From assembly GCA_965198225.1 (NCBI GenBank), contig CBDAOY010000006.1, positions 224,001 to 288,000 of the forward strand: a DNA stretch of 64,000 nt, read 5' to 3'. The stretch comes from Terriglobia bacterium. GTDB taxonomy: Bacteria > Acidobacteriota > Terriglobia > 20CM-2-55-15. The notes under the pieces were generated by a model that was given only the letters and a program-made list of their open reading frames with translations, was not told the DNA's origin and searched no databases. The position numbers and the translations under genes are program-made. Positions 1 to 9,302 of this stretch are shown here, piece by piece; within the stretch, counting starts at the first letter, position 1; every line of letters starts with the position of its first letter.

Positions 1-231
1 TTCGGATCGTTCGAATGCCAGTTTCTCGGACATCTTGCGACGCATCGTTTTTTCGATTTTTTCAAGATCTTCGGGCGTGAGGGAACTTTCGAGGTAGACG
101 TCGTAGTAGAAACCGTCCTCGATGACGGGTCCCACGCCGAACTTGGCTCCCGGGTAAAACTCCTGAATGCTGGCCGCCATCAGGTGGGCCAGCGAGTGAC
201 GTATCGTTTCCAGATTCTCTTGTTTGGACAT
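1..231 (-). CDS. thrS: Threonine--tRNA ligase, N-terminal part (runs off window start)
   Basis: Manual translation from ATG at 231: MSKQENLETIRHSLAHLMAASIQEFYPGAKFGVGPVIEDGFYYD, the ThrRS editing-domain HxxxH...GPxIExGFYYD motif. Confidence 0.93.
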   Translation of the reverse strand, partial: MSKQENLETIRHSLAHLMAASIQEFYPGAKFGVGPVIEDGFYYDVYLESSLTPEDLEKIEKTMRRKMSEKLAFERSE

Positions 232-311
232 GATGGGGTCGTCTTCCGTTCCGTTTGATAACTCTACAAGTCGGGATTCGGGCGAGCGGGGTCGGGATGG
301 ACGCAAGCCCG

Positions 312-854
312 CTACGCGAAAAGAGCAGGCTGGGAAACCGTCGAACGGCCACGGGCAGTCGCGCCCGCGGCTTTTTGCTCCTTTACGGTCAGGGCCCCTT
401 CCAGGGTGAGAAGTTGCAGCTTGATGTCCAATCCGCCCCCGTAACCGGTCAGCGATCCGTCCTGGCCGATAACTCGATGGCACGGAATGATGATTGGGAT
501 CGGATTGTCGTGATTGGCCAGCCCGACTGCGCGGGCCGCTCCGGCTTTACCGAGGTCTCTCGCGATTCGGCCGTAGCTCCGGGTCTGTCCGTAGGGGATC
601 TTGAGGAGCGCCCGCCAGACGGACAGCTGAAACGGAGTACCTGCCAGATCCAGATCGACATCGAACTCCTGCCGGGTCCCTGCAAAATACTCACCCAGCT
701 GGCGAACCGCCACCTGGTTGGCCTGGGCGTCCAGAACGGCTTCTTCCGGAATCGAACGACCAAACTCGATCGAGCGGAGTCCGCGTTCCGCAGAGACGAG
801 CGTCAAGGGGCCGATTGGACTGTCCATGACTTCATACCGTATGCGATCGCTCAC
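312..854 (-). CDS. ogt: Methylated-DNA--protein-cysteine methyltransferase
   Basis: PCHRV active site, GTPFQ..VW..L..IPYG, ARAVG motifs; start uncertain (GTG at 854 chosen, ORF open to 872). Confidence 0.92.
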   Translation of the reverse strand: MSDRIRYEVMDSPIGPLTLVSAERGLRSIEFGRSIPEEAVLDAQANQVAVRQLGEYFAGTRQEFDVDLDLAGTPFQLSVWRALLKIPYGQTRSYGRIARDLGKAGAARAVGLANHDNPIPIIIPCHRVIGQDGSLTGYGGGLDIKLQLLTLEGALTVKEQKAAGATARGRSTVSQPALFA

Positions 855-1175
855 ACGCCCAAGGTATCTCAATCTGTCGGCCCGTACAAGACTTGCGGGA
901 GCAGGAACCCTTGTTCGGCGAGCTCCTTACTAGGGGAAACAGGTGGCACTCGCTTCGAGGGCATCAGATGCGCGCACGACTGGGGAACAGAACAAAAAAA
1001 AGACTATTCTCACGTGATACTGGATGATCGGGCGAACAGCGTTCATACTATCCCCCAAGCTCCCGAGGTGAAGATTCTCCTCGGACGGGCCGGAAAGGGG
1101 ATTTCGAGCAGTTCCCCGGGTCGCTCAACTCGTCGGACAACGGGCGGCGATCCCGTTACCAGAAGGGGGTTGTGA

Positions 1176-1204
1176 TTGCAAATATTCCGTTGTTTTGTTA
1201 TGTT
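1176..1204 (+). promoter_or_regulatory. Putative sigma70 promoter for infC operon
   Basis: TTGCAA (1176-1181), 17 bp, TG-extended TATGTT (1199-1204). Confidence 0.5.
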
Positions 1205-1210
1205 TAGCGT

Positions 1211-1762
1211 TTGTCAAAAGTGAAGAGATTCTCCCGAGGCCAGCGCTTTGTAGATAAGACACGCGTGAATCACCGAATTCGCGCCCGAGAGGTCCGTGTC
1301 ATCGATGAGAACGGAACCCAACTCGGAGTCATGCCGCCCCAGACGGCCATACGAAACGCGGAAGAAAAGGGCCTCGACCTGGTAGAGGTCGCACCGCAAG
1401 CGGATCCGCCGGTGTGCCGGATCATGGATTACGGCCAGTACCGCTACCAGATGAAGAAGAAGGCTCACGAGGCGAAGAAACACCAGAAGAGCGTCCACAT
1501 CAAGGAAGTCAAGTTTCGCCCGAATACGGATGAGCACGACTACGACTTCAAGAAGAACCACATCATCCGGTTCTTGAAACAGGGCGACAAGGTCAAGGCC
1601 AACGTCTGGTTCCGGGGGCGCGAGATCGTCCACAAGGAAATCGGTCGAGCCCTGATTGCACGATTGATGGAGGAGCTGGAAGAGATCGGTTTCGTGGAGA
1701 ACAGGCCGAAGATGGAAGGAAACAACCTCGTGGCGATCTTCGCTCCGAAGAAGGAAAAGTAG
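1211..1762 (+). CDS. infC: Translation initiation factor IF-3
   Basis: [38 protein letters not shown]; precedes rpmI-rplT; exact start uncertain. Confidence 0.96.
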   Translation: MSKVKRFSRGQRFVDKTRVNHRIRAREVRVIDENGTQLGVMPPQTAIRNAEEKGLDLVEVAPQADPPVCRIMDYGQYRYQMKKKAHEAKKHQKSVHIKEVKFRPNTDEHDYDFKKNHIIRFLKQGDKVKANVWFRGREIVHKEIGRALIARLMEELEEIGFVENRPKMEGNNLVAIFAPKKEK

Positions 1763-1769
1763 ATACATC

Positions 1770-1967
1770 ATGCCCAAACTGAAGACACACCGAGGTGCAC
1801 GGAAGCGGTTCAAACTGACCGCCGGCGGGAAGGTGAAACGCCGGCACTCATTGACGCGTCACATCCTGACCAAGAAATCCCCGAAGCGGAAACGGCACCT
1901 GGGCAAGGCCGCCATCGTGTCGCACGCGGACACGCCGAAGCTCAAGGAAATGTTGCCGTACGGATGA
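1770..1967 (+). CDS. rpmI: 50S ribosomal protein L35
   Basis: [17 protein letters not shown]; synteny. Confidence 0.97.
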   Translation: MPKLKTHRGARKRFKLTAGGKVKRRHSLTRHILTKKSPKRKRHLGKAAIVSHADTPKLKEMLPYG

Positions 1968-1976
1968 GTAATTGTT

Positions 1977-1999
1977 GTAGGTGCGGTCTATGACCGCAC
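1977..1999 (+). repeat. GTAG-class REP-like palindrome
   Basis: GTAG-GTGCGGTC-TAT-GACCGCAC; identical copies at 9847, 17731 and (inverted) 17823. Confidence 0.85.
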
Positions 2000-2055
2000 A
2001 TTGCTCCGAGTCACTTATCACTCTTCACTTGTCACTGATTTGAGGACTAATAACT

Positions 2056-2421
2056 GTGCCAAGAGTTAAACGCGGAACCAAGAGGCACGAACGCCGCAAG
2101 AAGGTTCTGAAACTCGCCCGGGGATACTTCCTGGGCAAGAGCAAGCTCTTTAAATTCGCGACGGAATCCGTCGACAGAGCGCTCCAGTACTCCTACCGCG
2201 ACCGCAGGGCTCGCAAACGGGACTTCCGCCGCCTCTGGATCATCCGGATCGGAGCGGCGGCACGCCAGAACGGTGTCAATTACAATCAATTCATGTTCGG
2301 GCTAAAGAAGGCTGGGATCGAACTGGACCGCAAAGTCCTGGCGGATATCGCCGTCGAAGATCCGGCCGGTTTTGCCCAGCTCGCGGAGAAAGCGAAGGCA
2401 ACCATCGGCCAACCCGCATAG
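2056..2421 (+). CDS. rplT: 50S ribosomal protein L20
   Basis: MPRVKRG...[18 protein letters not shown]...LDRKVLAD. Confidence 0.97.
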   Translation: MPRVKRGTKRHERRKKVLKLARGYFLGKSKLFKFATESVDRALQYSYRDRRARKRDFRRLWIIRIGAAARQNGVNYNQFMFGLKKAGIELDRKVLADIAVEDPAGFAQLAEKAKATIGQPA

Positions 2422-2425
2422 GCCG

Positions 2426-3472
2426 ATGGCGACACCGACACCCGAGGTCGGAATCGACCAACTCCGGAAGATCGGGGAAGACTTCAAGCGAGAGGCGCGC
2501 TCCGTGGAGAATCGCCGATCGCTGGAGGAGATCCGCGCCCGCTACCTCTCCAGGAAGGCTGGACTTCTGACGCTCCAGCTGAAGGGGTTGGGCGGTCTTC
2601 CGAAACATCAGCGCTCCGAGTTCGGTCAACTCGGCAACGAGCTGAAGAAAGCGATCGAATCGAAGCTTGCGGAGATTTCCGAAACGATCGACCAGACTGA
2701 GCGGTCACACACGAGGGAGACCGAAGCGCTCGACGTGACTCTGCCCGGCATCCGGCGCCGCCTCGGCCATCGTCATCCCGCTGCTCTTGCGCGGGCGGAA
2801 ATGGAGCGGATTTTCACCTCGATGGGATACACGGTGGAGGATGGTCCCGAGATCGAAACGACCTATTACAACTTCGAAGCGCTGAACATTCCCGCGGGAC
2901 ACCCGGCGCGAGACGCGTCCGACACTTTCTATGTCTCCGATGAGATGGTCCTGCGGACCCACACTTCGCCCGTCCAGGTTCGAACGATGGAGAAGACGCG
3001 CCCACCGGTGCGGGTCATCTGCCCTGGTCGCGTGTTCCGCCACGACGACCTGGATGCGACGCATTCCCCGATGTTTCACCAGATCGAGGGCCTCGTCGTC
3101 GACAAGGGCATCACGTTTGCCGATCTGAAGGGCACGCTGGAACTCTTCCACCGCCAGTTCTTCGGGGAACAGACACGGACTCGCTTCCGCCCGAGCTACT
3201 TTCCATTCACGGAGCCCAGCGCTGAGGTCGACATTTCTTGTATCTTCTGTTCCGGAAACGGCTGCCGCGTCTGCAAGCAGACCGGCTGGATCGAGCTGAT
3301 GGGCTCGGGAATGGTGAACCCGGTTGTCTACGGATTCGTTGATTACGATCCGGAAACCCACAGCGGCTTCGCCTTCGGCGCCGGTATCGACCGGTACGCG
3401 ATGCTCAAGTACCAGATCAACGACATCACGTTACTCTTCCAGAACGATCTCCGATTTCTAGAACAATTCTGA
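2426..3472 (+). CDS. pheS: Phenylalanine--tRNA ligase alpha subunit
   Basis: LRTHTSPVQ, HSPMFHQIEG, FRPSYFPFTEPSAEVD, GFAFGAGIDR. Confidence 0.97.
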   Translation: MATPTPEVGIDQLRKIGEDFKREARSVENRRSLEEIRARYLSRKAGLLTLQLKGLGGLPKHQRSEFGQLGNELKKAIESKLAEISETIDQTERSHTRETEALDVTLPGIRRRLGHRHPAALARAEMERIFTSMGYTVEDGPEIETTYYNFEALNIPAGHPARDASDTFYVSDEMVLRTHTSPVQVRTMEKTRPPVRVICPGRVFRHDDLDATHSPMFHQIEGLVVDKGITFADLKGTLELFHRQFFGEQTRTRFRPSYFPFTEPSAEVDISCIFCSGNGCRVCKQTGWIELMGSGMVNPVVYGFVDYDPETHSGFAFGAGIDRYAMLKYQINDITLLFQNDLRFLEQF

Positions 3473-3487
3473 AGGACTGCTTCTCAG

Positions 3488-5506
3488 ATGTTAGTCAGCT
3501 TCAACTGGCTTCGGGAATTCATCGACGTCCAGGTCGAGCCGGTTGAGCTCGGTCAAAAACTCACAATGACGGGCCTGGCCGTCGACGCGGTGGAGGACTC
3601 AGGCGACGACACCATCTTAGAACTCGACATCACTTCAAACCGAGGTGACTGCCTGTCCCACCTCGGGGTGGCACGAGAGGTCTGCGCCGCGTTCGATCTC
3701 GACGTGCGTCGTCCGGAGTTCCAGCTCGAGGAGGTTGATCGTTCGGCCGAAGAGATCTTCTCGATCTCCATCGCGGAGCCCGATCTCTGCCGCCGGTATT
3801 GCGGCCGCTATATAGAGGGGGTCCAGATCGGCCCCTCACCGGACTGGATGGTTCGTAGGCTGGCATCGGTCGGCGTCCGGTCGATCAACAACGTCGCCGA
3901 CGTCACCAACTACGTCCTGATGGAGCTGGGACATCCACTCCATGCCTTCGACGCGGACACTCTGGAGGGCCAGGAAATCATCGTTCGACGCGCGGAGCTC
4001 GAAGAAACGATCGAAACCCTGGACGGCGAGAAGCGGGAGCTCGATCCTTCGATGCTCGTGATCGCGGACTCGAATCGGGCCGTAGCCCTGGCCGGTGTCA
4101 TGGGGGGGATCGACACGGAAATATCCTCCCCGACGACGAATGTCCTGCTGGAGTCGGCGTGGTTCGATCCGATGACGACACGCAAAACCGCTCGCGCGCT
4201 CAATTTGAGTACGGAAGCGTCCTACCGCTTCGAACGCGGGGCCGACATCGAGATGGCCTTGCATGCGTGCGATCGGGCCGCCATGTTGATCCACGAGCTT
4301 GCGGGCGGGAAGATCTATCGCGATGTTATAGACGTCTATCCTGGACGGCAGGGGGCTCCGGAGGCCAGACTCCGGCGACGACGTATTCTGGAGTACCTGG
4401 GAATGGAGGTTCCCGACCAGGCGGTTGTCCGGACGTTCACGCGGTTGGGCTTCGAACCCGTAGATAGCGACGAGGAAGGCTGGTCGGTCCGGGTACCGAC
4501 CCACCGCCACGATATTTCCACCGAAGAAGATCTGATGGAAGAAATCGCCCGACACCACGGATACGACCGGTTTCCTTCGACGCTGCCGGCCTGGGCCGGC
4601 CAGGGCCGCGCCCTTCCCTGGGCGGAGGGGGAACGCGGCATACATGCGACTCTCTCAGGACTAGGCTATTCCGAGGCCTGCACCATCCCTTTCAGCAGCG
4701 AGAAGATGGAACGTGGCTTCGCTCCGGACCTGGACCCGGTCGTCATCCTCAATCCTCTTTCCGAGGAAGCGCCGGCGCTCCGTACGTCGATGGTCCCGGG
4801 CATGCTGCGATCGCTTCTGTGGAACCTGAACCGCGGAACCAGGGACGTCCAACTGTATGAAATCGGCAAAATCTACCCGACTGACGGCGAGAGGCGGCAG
4901 CTCGTCCTCGGGGCTACCGGGTCCCTCCAAGCCGAAACCCTCCATCACAACCAGACCGACCTGGAGTTCTTTCAACTGAAGGGAGATGTCGAAGCGCTGC
5001 TGAACGGCTTTGACGTCGATCAGGCGCCCGGCACCTCGAACCTGCCGGCTTATTATCATCCCGGCCGTCGCATCCGGTTGGGACAAGTATCCGTTCTCGG
5101 GGAGCTCCACCAGGATCAGACCGACCTCTTCAAGTTACGCCAGAAGGTGTACCTCGCAGAGATCGAGATCGAAAAGCTTTACGCGCTGGGGCCCTCAGAG
5201 ATTGCAGCGCGAGCGATTCCGAAGTACCCTTCCATCCGACGTGATCTGTCCCTGGTCCTCAGCCGCGGGACCGACTACGCGGCGGTTGTCCGAACCATCG
5301 ACGGGGAGGGCATCGAGGAGTTGATCGAAATCGAGCCGTTCGACCTGCTCGAGCAGGGCCCATTTCCCGACGATCGCTACAGTCTGGCGGTCAAGCTGGT
5401 GTACCAGTCGTCTGAGGGGACCTTGACCGACGATCAGGTCCAGGATTTCGACCGGCGAATCGTCGCCCGGCTCGAAACCGAACTGGGTGCCAGACTGAGA
5501 AGCTAA
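3488..5506 (+). CDS. pheT: Phenylalanine--tRNA ligase beta subunit (short form)
   Basis: DITSNRGDCLS, INNVADVTNYVLMELGHPLHAFD, SYRFERG, DLMEEIAR, C-terminal FDX-ACB-like region. Confidence 0.96.
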   Translation: MLVSFNWLREFIDVQVEPVELGQKLTMTGLAVDAVEDSGDDTILELDITSNRGDCLSHLGVAREVCAAFDLDVRRPEFQLEEVDRSAEEIFSISIAEPDLCRRYCGRYIEGVQIGPSPDWMVRRLASVGVRSINNVADVTNYVLMELGHPLHAFDADTLEGQEIIVRRAELEETIETLDGEKRELDPSMLVIADSNRAVALAGVMGGIDTEISSPTTNVLLESAWFDPMTTRKTARALNLSTEASYRFERGADIEMALHACDRAAMLIHELAGGKIYRDVIDVYPGRQGAPEARLRRRRILEYLGMEVPDQAVVRTFTRLGFEPVDSDEEGWSVRVPTHRHDISTEEDLMEEIARHHGYDRFPSTLPAWAGQGRALPWAEGERGIHATLSGLGYSEACTIPFSSEKMERGFAPDLDPVVILNPLSEEAPALRTSMVPGMLRSLLWNLNRGTRDVQLYEIGKIYPTDGERRQLVLGATGSLQAETLHHNQTDLEFFQLKGDVEALLNGFDVDQAPGTSNLPAYYHPGRRIRLGQVSVLGELHQDQTDLFKLRQKVYLAEIEIEKLYALGPSEIAARAIPKYPSIRRDLSLVLSRGTDYAAVVRTIDGEGIEELIEIEPFDLLEQGPFPDDRYSLAVKLVYQSSEGTLTDDQVQDFDRRIVARLETELGARLRS

Positions 5507-5523
5507 CCGAACCTGGTGTCGAT

Positions 5524-5766
5524 ATGGCCGACGCGCTCGATGAGTTCAAGTCTCTGGAAGAACGGATTGCGCGGGCCATCGACGTGATCAACACGACGCG
5601 CTCCGAAAAGGAGACACTGGCAAGGGATCTGGCCGCCGCCCGACGTGAAGTACGCGAACTCCAGGATCAACTCGATGGTCTGCGCGAACAACGGAAAGCG
5701 GTTCGAGGTCGGGTGGAAAGCCTCATCGCCAGCATCTCCGAGCTCACCGAAAAACGACTTGTCTAA
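5524..5766 (+). CDS. zapB: ZapB-like coiled-coil cell division protein
   Basis: 80-aa coiled coil directly upstream of zapA. Confidence 0.7.
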   Translation: MADALDEFKSLEERIARAIDVINTTRSEKETLARDLAAARREVRELQDQLDGLREQRKAVRGRVESLIASISELTEKRLV

Positions 5767-6067
5767 GAAAAGCAAAGCCGAAATCGTCGAAATCGAGATC
5801 TACGACCAGCGATATCCACTCCGGCTCAACACGCCGGCCGAACGCTCCGAAGTCCTGAAGGTTGCCGAACAGGTCGATCTCAGGATGCGGGCAATTGCCC
5901 AGCAGTCCGGAACGGTCGATTCGCTCAAGGTCGCGATCCTGACCGCACTGCATCTGGCACAGGAACAACGCGAACAGAGTGAGGGGGATCGTAGCCTGGA
6001 GAAGGCAGTGGCATCAGGTTCGCAGAAGTGGATCCGAGAGTTGGACAACGTTATTAGTTGTCCGTAG
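5759..6067 (+). CDS. zapA: Cell division protein ZapA
   Basis: VEIEIYDQRYPL...VAEQVDLRMRAI...KVAILTALHLA; TTG start overlapping zapB end; followed by 6S RNA. Confidence 0.88.
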   Translation: MSKKSKAEIVEIEIYDQRYPLRLNTPAERSEVLKVAEQVDLRMRAIAQQSGTVDSLKVAILTALHLAQEQREQSEGDRSLEKAVASGSQKWIRELDNVISCP

Positions 6068-6137
6068 GCCGTAGGCCGTTAGCAGAAAGGGCCCGGATGC
6101 TTCCCAACGGGTAACGGACTACGGGCAACGGCCTACG
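6062..6137. repeat. Heptamer-based foldback (CCGTAGG repeats ... inverted CCTACG/TAACGG repeats)
   Basis: ccgtaggccgtaggccgttag ... taacggactacgggcaacggcctacg; related element at 12327-12510. Confidence 0.65.
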
Positions 6138-6147
6138 TCTTTACCCC

Positions 6148-6176
6148 TTGTCACCTGTCACTCCCTTCCCTACAAT
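6148..6176 (+). promoter_or_regulatory. Sigma70 promoter of 6S RNA
   Basis: TTGTCA-17 bp-TACAAT directly upstream of the RNA. Confidence 0.75.
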
Positions 6177-6182
6177 CAAACT

Positions 6183-6367
6183 GGCCCTGCGAAGCACGTG
6201 CTTGGCACCGACATTATTTGACCGATGTCTTATTTGAAAGGGGTCTGATTTTCCGCGTGGTGCGCGAGCCATCCCCGAAGAGGGTTGATGACTCCCTAAA
6301 GCGAGGATAGGACGCCCACCTGTTTTGGACAGGTTCAAATAGGGAGTGTCACACGGCTAAGTGGGGT
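6183..6367 (+). ncRNA. ssrS: 6S RNA
   Basis: ~185 nt between zapA and ymdB (canonical context); complementary ends (CCCTGC/GTGGGG), internal TATTTGA/TTCAAATA pairing, promoter upstream, T-run downstream. Confidence 0.85.
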
Positions 6368-6388
6368 TTTTTTGCGACCGCGCTAACC

Positions 6389-7165
6389 ATGAAGGTTCTG
6401 TTTATCGGAGATACCGTCGCACGGGCAGGACGCTCGATACTGCACCAGCACCTGAAGTCCATCCAGAACGAGTTCGCAATCGACCTGACGATACTCAACT
6501 GTGAGAACGCGGCGGCAGGAATCGGCGTGACACCGAAGATTGCCGACCAGCTCTTCGACTGGGGCGTGGACGTGCTGACTTCGGGCAACCACATCTGGGA
6601 CAAGAAGGAGATCCTGCCGTACCTGGACTCCAACCCACGAATCCTGAGACCGGCAAACTATCCCGAAGGCAACCCCGGTCGAGGAATCGCTGTGCTAACG
6701 GTAGCGAACGGCGAAAAGGCCGCGGTCATCAACATCCAGGGACGGGTGTTCATGCCGACGATCGACGACCCGTTCCGGGTCATCGAGAGCATCCTGTCGG
6801 AGATTCCCTCCGACGTGAGCGTAATCATCGTCGACATGCACGGGGAAGCTACGGCCGAGAAGGTCGCCATGGGTTGGTACCTGGACGGAAAGGTTTCGGC
6901 AGTTTTGGGAACTCACACCCATATTCCGACCGCCGACGAGACGATCCTGCCCGCCGGGACCGCCTACCAGACCGACGTCGGCATGACCGGACCGTTCCAG
7001 TCCGTGATCGGCGTCATGACCGATCGCGTGCTCAAGCGCTTCCTGAGCCAGATGCCCGTCAAGTTCGAACCGGCCTCCCAGGACGCCCGCCTGAACGCCG
7101 CCGTTGTGGACGTCGATTCCGAAACGGGGAAGGCGCGCTCGATCGAGCGGATCCAAAGAGGTTAG
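6389..7165 (+). CDS. ymdB: YmdB-like (TIGR00282) metallophosphoesterase
   Basis: FIGDTV, NCENAAAG, TSGNHIWD, DMHGEATAEK, GTHTH, TDVGMTGP. Confidence 0.93.
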   Translation: MKVLFIGDTVARAGRSILHQHLKSIQNEFAIDLTILNCENAAAGIGVTPKIADQLFDWGVDVLTSGNHIWDKKEILPYLDSNPRILRPANYPEGNPGRGIAVLTVANGEKAAVINIQGRVFMPTIDDPFRVIESILSEIPSDVSVIIVDMHGEATAEKVAMGWYLDGKVSAVLGTHTHIPTADETILPAGTAYQTDVGMTGPFQSVIGVMTDRVLKRFLSQMPVKFEPASQDARLNAAVVDVDSETGKARSIERIQRG

Positions 7166-7167
7166 CT

Positions 7168-7208
7168 CTAGCAGCCCGTGGCAGAACTCTGCAGGGCCGC
7201 GTTACGGC
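7168..7208 (+). repeat. Solo left end of type-A 275-bp foldback element
   Basis: CTAGCAGCCCGTGGCAGAACTCTGCAGGGCCGCGTTACGGC matches the left end of the element at 11512. Confidence 0.8.
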
Positions 7209-7215
7209 GAAGACA

Positions 7216-8580
7216 ATGTTCGAAAACCTCTCTGACAAGCTGCAGCAGGTCCTAAAGAACCTTCGAGGTGAAGGCAGGCTCAGCGCCGAACACATCGAAG
7301 AAGCCCTCAAGGAAATCCGCATGGCCCTGCTCGAGGCCGACGTCAACTTCAAGGTCGTCAAGCAGTTCACCGAAGGTCTCCGGGCCAAAGCGCTGGGGCA
7401 GGAGGTTCTCGACAGCCTCAGCCCGGGCCAGCAGGTGGTCAAGATCGTCCGGGACGAACTGGTTGATCTCCTGGGGGTGGAAACCGCCAGGCTCGACTTC
7501 GCGTCGCAGCCGCCCACGATTCTCATGCTCGTGGGGCTACAGGGTTCGGGAAAAACGACTTCGAGCGGCAAGCTGGCCCGCTGGCTTCAGAAACAGGGCC
7601 GGCGTCCGATGCTGGTTTCGGTGGATGTCTACCGGCCCGCTGCCAGGGAGCAGCTCAGGGTGATCGCGGGTGAAGTCGATGCGCGGATCTATGAAGGCGG
7701 TCCCGATCAGAGCCCGCTCGGCCTCTGCCAGGGCGCTTTGAAGGAAGCCAGGGATTCCGCGCACGATGTCCTGATCATCGACACGGCAGGCCGCCTCCAC
7801 ATCGACGAGACGCTGATGGGGGAGCTTCGGGAAATCAACGAAACGATCAAGCCACATGAGATCCTCTACGTCGCCGACGCCATGCTGGGCCAGGATGCGG
7901 TCAAGAGTGCCGGGCAGTTCCACGAACACCTCGCCTTCGACGGCTTCATACTGACCAAGCTCGACGGTGACGCACGCGGCGGCGCCGCGCTCTCGATCAA
8001 GTCTGTCACCGGCAAGCCGGTGAAGTTCGTCGGCACGGGTGAGAAATACGACGCTCTGGACCTGTTTCACCCCGATCGGCTGGTGTCTCGTATTCTGGGC
8101 ATGGGCGACATCCTGTCGCTGATCGAGAAGGCCGAAGAAGCAATCGACCACAAGAAGGCGGTCGAACTTCAGAAGAAGGTTTTCTCCGATAAATTCACCC
8201 TGGAGGATTTCCGCGATCAACTCAGACAGATCCGCAAGATGGGATCTCTGGAGCAGATCATCGGAATGCTGCCTAACATGGGTCCGTTCAAGGGCATGAA
8301 CAAGGTCCAGGTCGACGAGAAGGAGTTGACGCGAACTGAGGCCATCATCGATTCCATGACGCCGAAGGAGCGGCGAAGCCACCAGATCATCAACGGCAGC
8401 CGCCGGAAGCGGATTGCCAGGGGAAGCGGCACAAGCGTCCAGCAGGTCAACCAACTGCTCAAGCAGTACGTCCAGACCCGGAAGATGATGAAGGGCCTGG
8501 CGGGGGGATCGAAGAAGAAGGGCAAGAAAGGCAAGAAGGGTCGGGGAAGGGGCTTCAGACTGCCGCAAATGCCCATGTAA
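7216..8580 (+). CDS. ffh: Signal recognition particle protein
   Basis: MFENLSDKL, ALLEADV, GLQGSGKTT, DTAGR, TKLDGDARGGAALS, M domain. Confidence 0.98.
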   Translation: MFENLSDKLQQVLKNLRGEGRLSAEHIEEALKEIRMALLEADVNFKVVKQFTEGLRAKALGQEVLDSLSPGQQVVKIVRDELVDLLGVETARLDFASQPPTILMLVGLQGSGKTTSSGKLARWLQKQGRRPMLVSVDVYRPAAREQLRVIAGEVDARIYEGGPDQSPLGLCQGALKEARDSAHDVLIIDTAGRLHIDETLMGELREINETIKPHEILYVADAMLGQDAVKSAGQFHEHLAFDGFILTKLDGDARGGAALSIKSVTGKPVKFVGTGEKYDALDLFHPDRLVSRILGMGDILSLIEKAEEAIDHKKAVELQKKVFSDKFTLEDFRDQLRQIRKMGSLEQIIGMLPNMGPFKGMNKVQVDEKELTRTEAIIDSMTPKERRSHQIINGSRRKRIARGSGTSVQQVNQLLKQYVQTRKMMKGLAGGSKKKGKKGKKGRGRGFRLPQMPM

Positions 8581-8607
8581 TGCGGCCACACACAGCATAT
8601 AAATCTG

Positions 8608-8636
8608 TAGACGTTTTTCGTCTGGAAAACTATAAT
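8608..8636 (+). promoter_or_regulatory. Putative sigma70 promoter for rpsP operon
   Basis: TAGACG-17 bp-TATAAT in AT-rich spacer. Confidence 0.65.
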
Positions 8637-8739
8637 TTTACGATATTTAGTAGAGACTCCGTTGGTCGTACTGTCTTCAGTCGCTACCGGTACGGTGTCT
8701 ATTTGTGTTCAGACAGCAGTAAACAGGAGGCATAGTCTA

Positions 8740-8979
8740 TTGGTAGCGATGCGTCTGACCCGCATCGGGTCAAAGAAGCGCCCTTGTTACAGGATCGTCG
8801 TCATCGAAAAGCGGCGGGCACGGAACGGCCGTTTTCTGGAGGTTCTCGGCCAATACAACCCCCTCTCCGATCCGGCTCAGATCGAAGTCAACGAAGATCG
8901 AGCCCGATACTGGCTTTCGAAGGGGGCAAAGCCTTCAGAAACGGTTCTGAGCATTCTGCGCAAGAAGGAAATCGCGTAG
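8740..8979 (+). CDS. rpsP: 30S ribosomal protein S16
   Basis: AGGAGG SD then TTG; MRLTRIGSKKRP.YRIVV...RNGRFLEVLGQYNP. Confidence 0.96.
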   Translation: MVAMRLTRIGSKKRPCYRIVVIEKRRARNGRFLEVLGQYNPLSDPAQIEVNEDRARYWLSKGAKPSETVLSILRKKEIA

Positions 8980-9066
8980 AACTGCGAGAGTCTGTCGGGA
9001 ACCCAGGCATTTCGGACTCAGCCGCTGGCTCGAAACGACGCAATTGACGTTGGAGTAGGAGGTGGC

Positions 9067-9297
9067 ATGAAAGAGCTCATCGAACAGATCGCTAAAGCGC
9101 TTGTGGACAATCCCGATGAAGTCTCTGTGCGTCCCATCGAGGGAGAGCAGACCACCGTTCTGGAACTGCGGGTCGCGCAGAGCGACCTCGGGAAGGTCAT
9201 CGGGAAACAGGGTAGAACGGCGCGATCCATTCGAACCATTCTCAGTGCTGCCGGAATGAAGCTGAAGAAGCGGTTCACGCTAGAAATCCTGGAGTAG
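9067..9297 (+). CDS. khpA: KH domain RNA-binding protein
   Basis: [12 protein letters not shown]...[17 protein letters not shown]; rpsP-rimM context. Confidence 0.93.
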   Translation: MKELIEQIAKALVDNPDEVSVRPIEGEQTTVLELRVAQSDLGKVIGKQGRTARSIRTILSAAGMKLKKRFTLEILE

Positions 9298-9302
9298 GCA
9301 TC

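Noticed and set aside
1057-1171. tRNA-Sec or SRP RNA
   Set aside because: No TCA anticodon arm or TTCGA T-loop; the SRP helix-8 motif is not properly matched.
255-1175. 306-aa plus-strand ORF and the many other long antisense or alternate-frame ORFs in the track (e.g. 7537-8598, 30585-31922, 52144-53127)
   Set aside because: They overlap well-supported genes, lack motifs and are expected in high-GC DNA.
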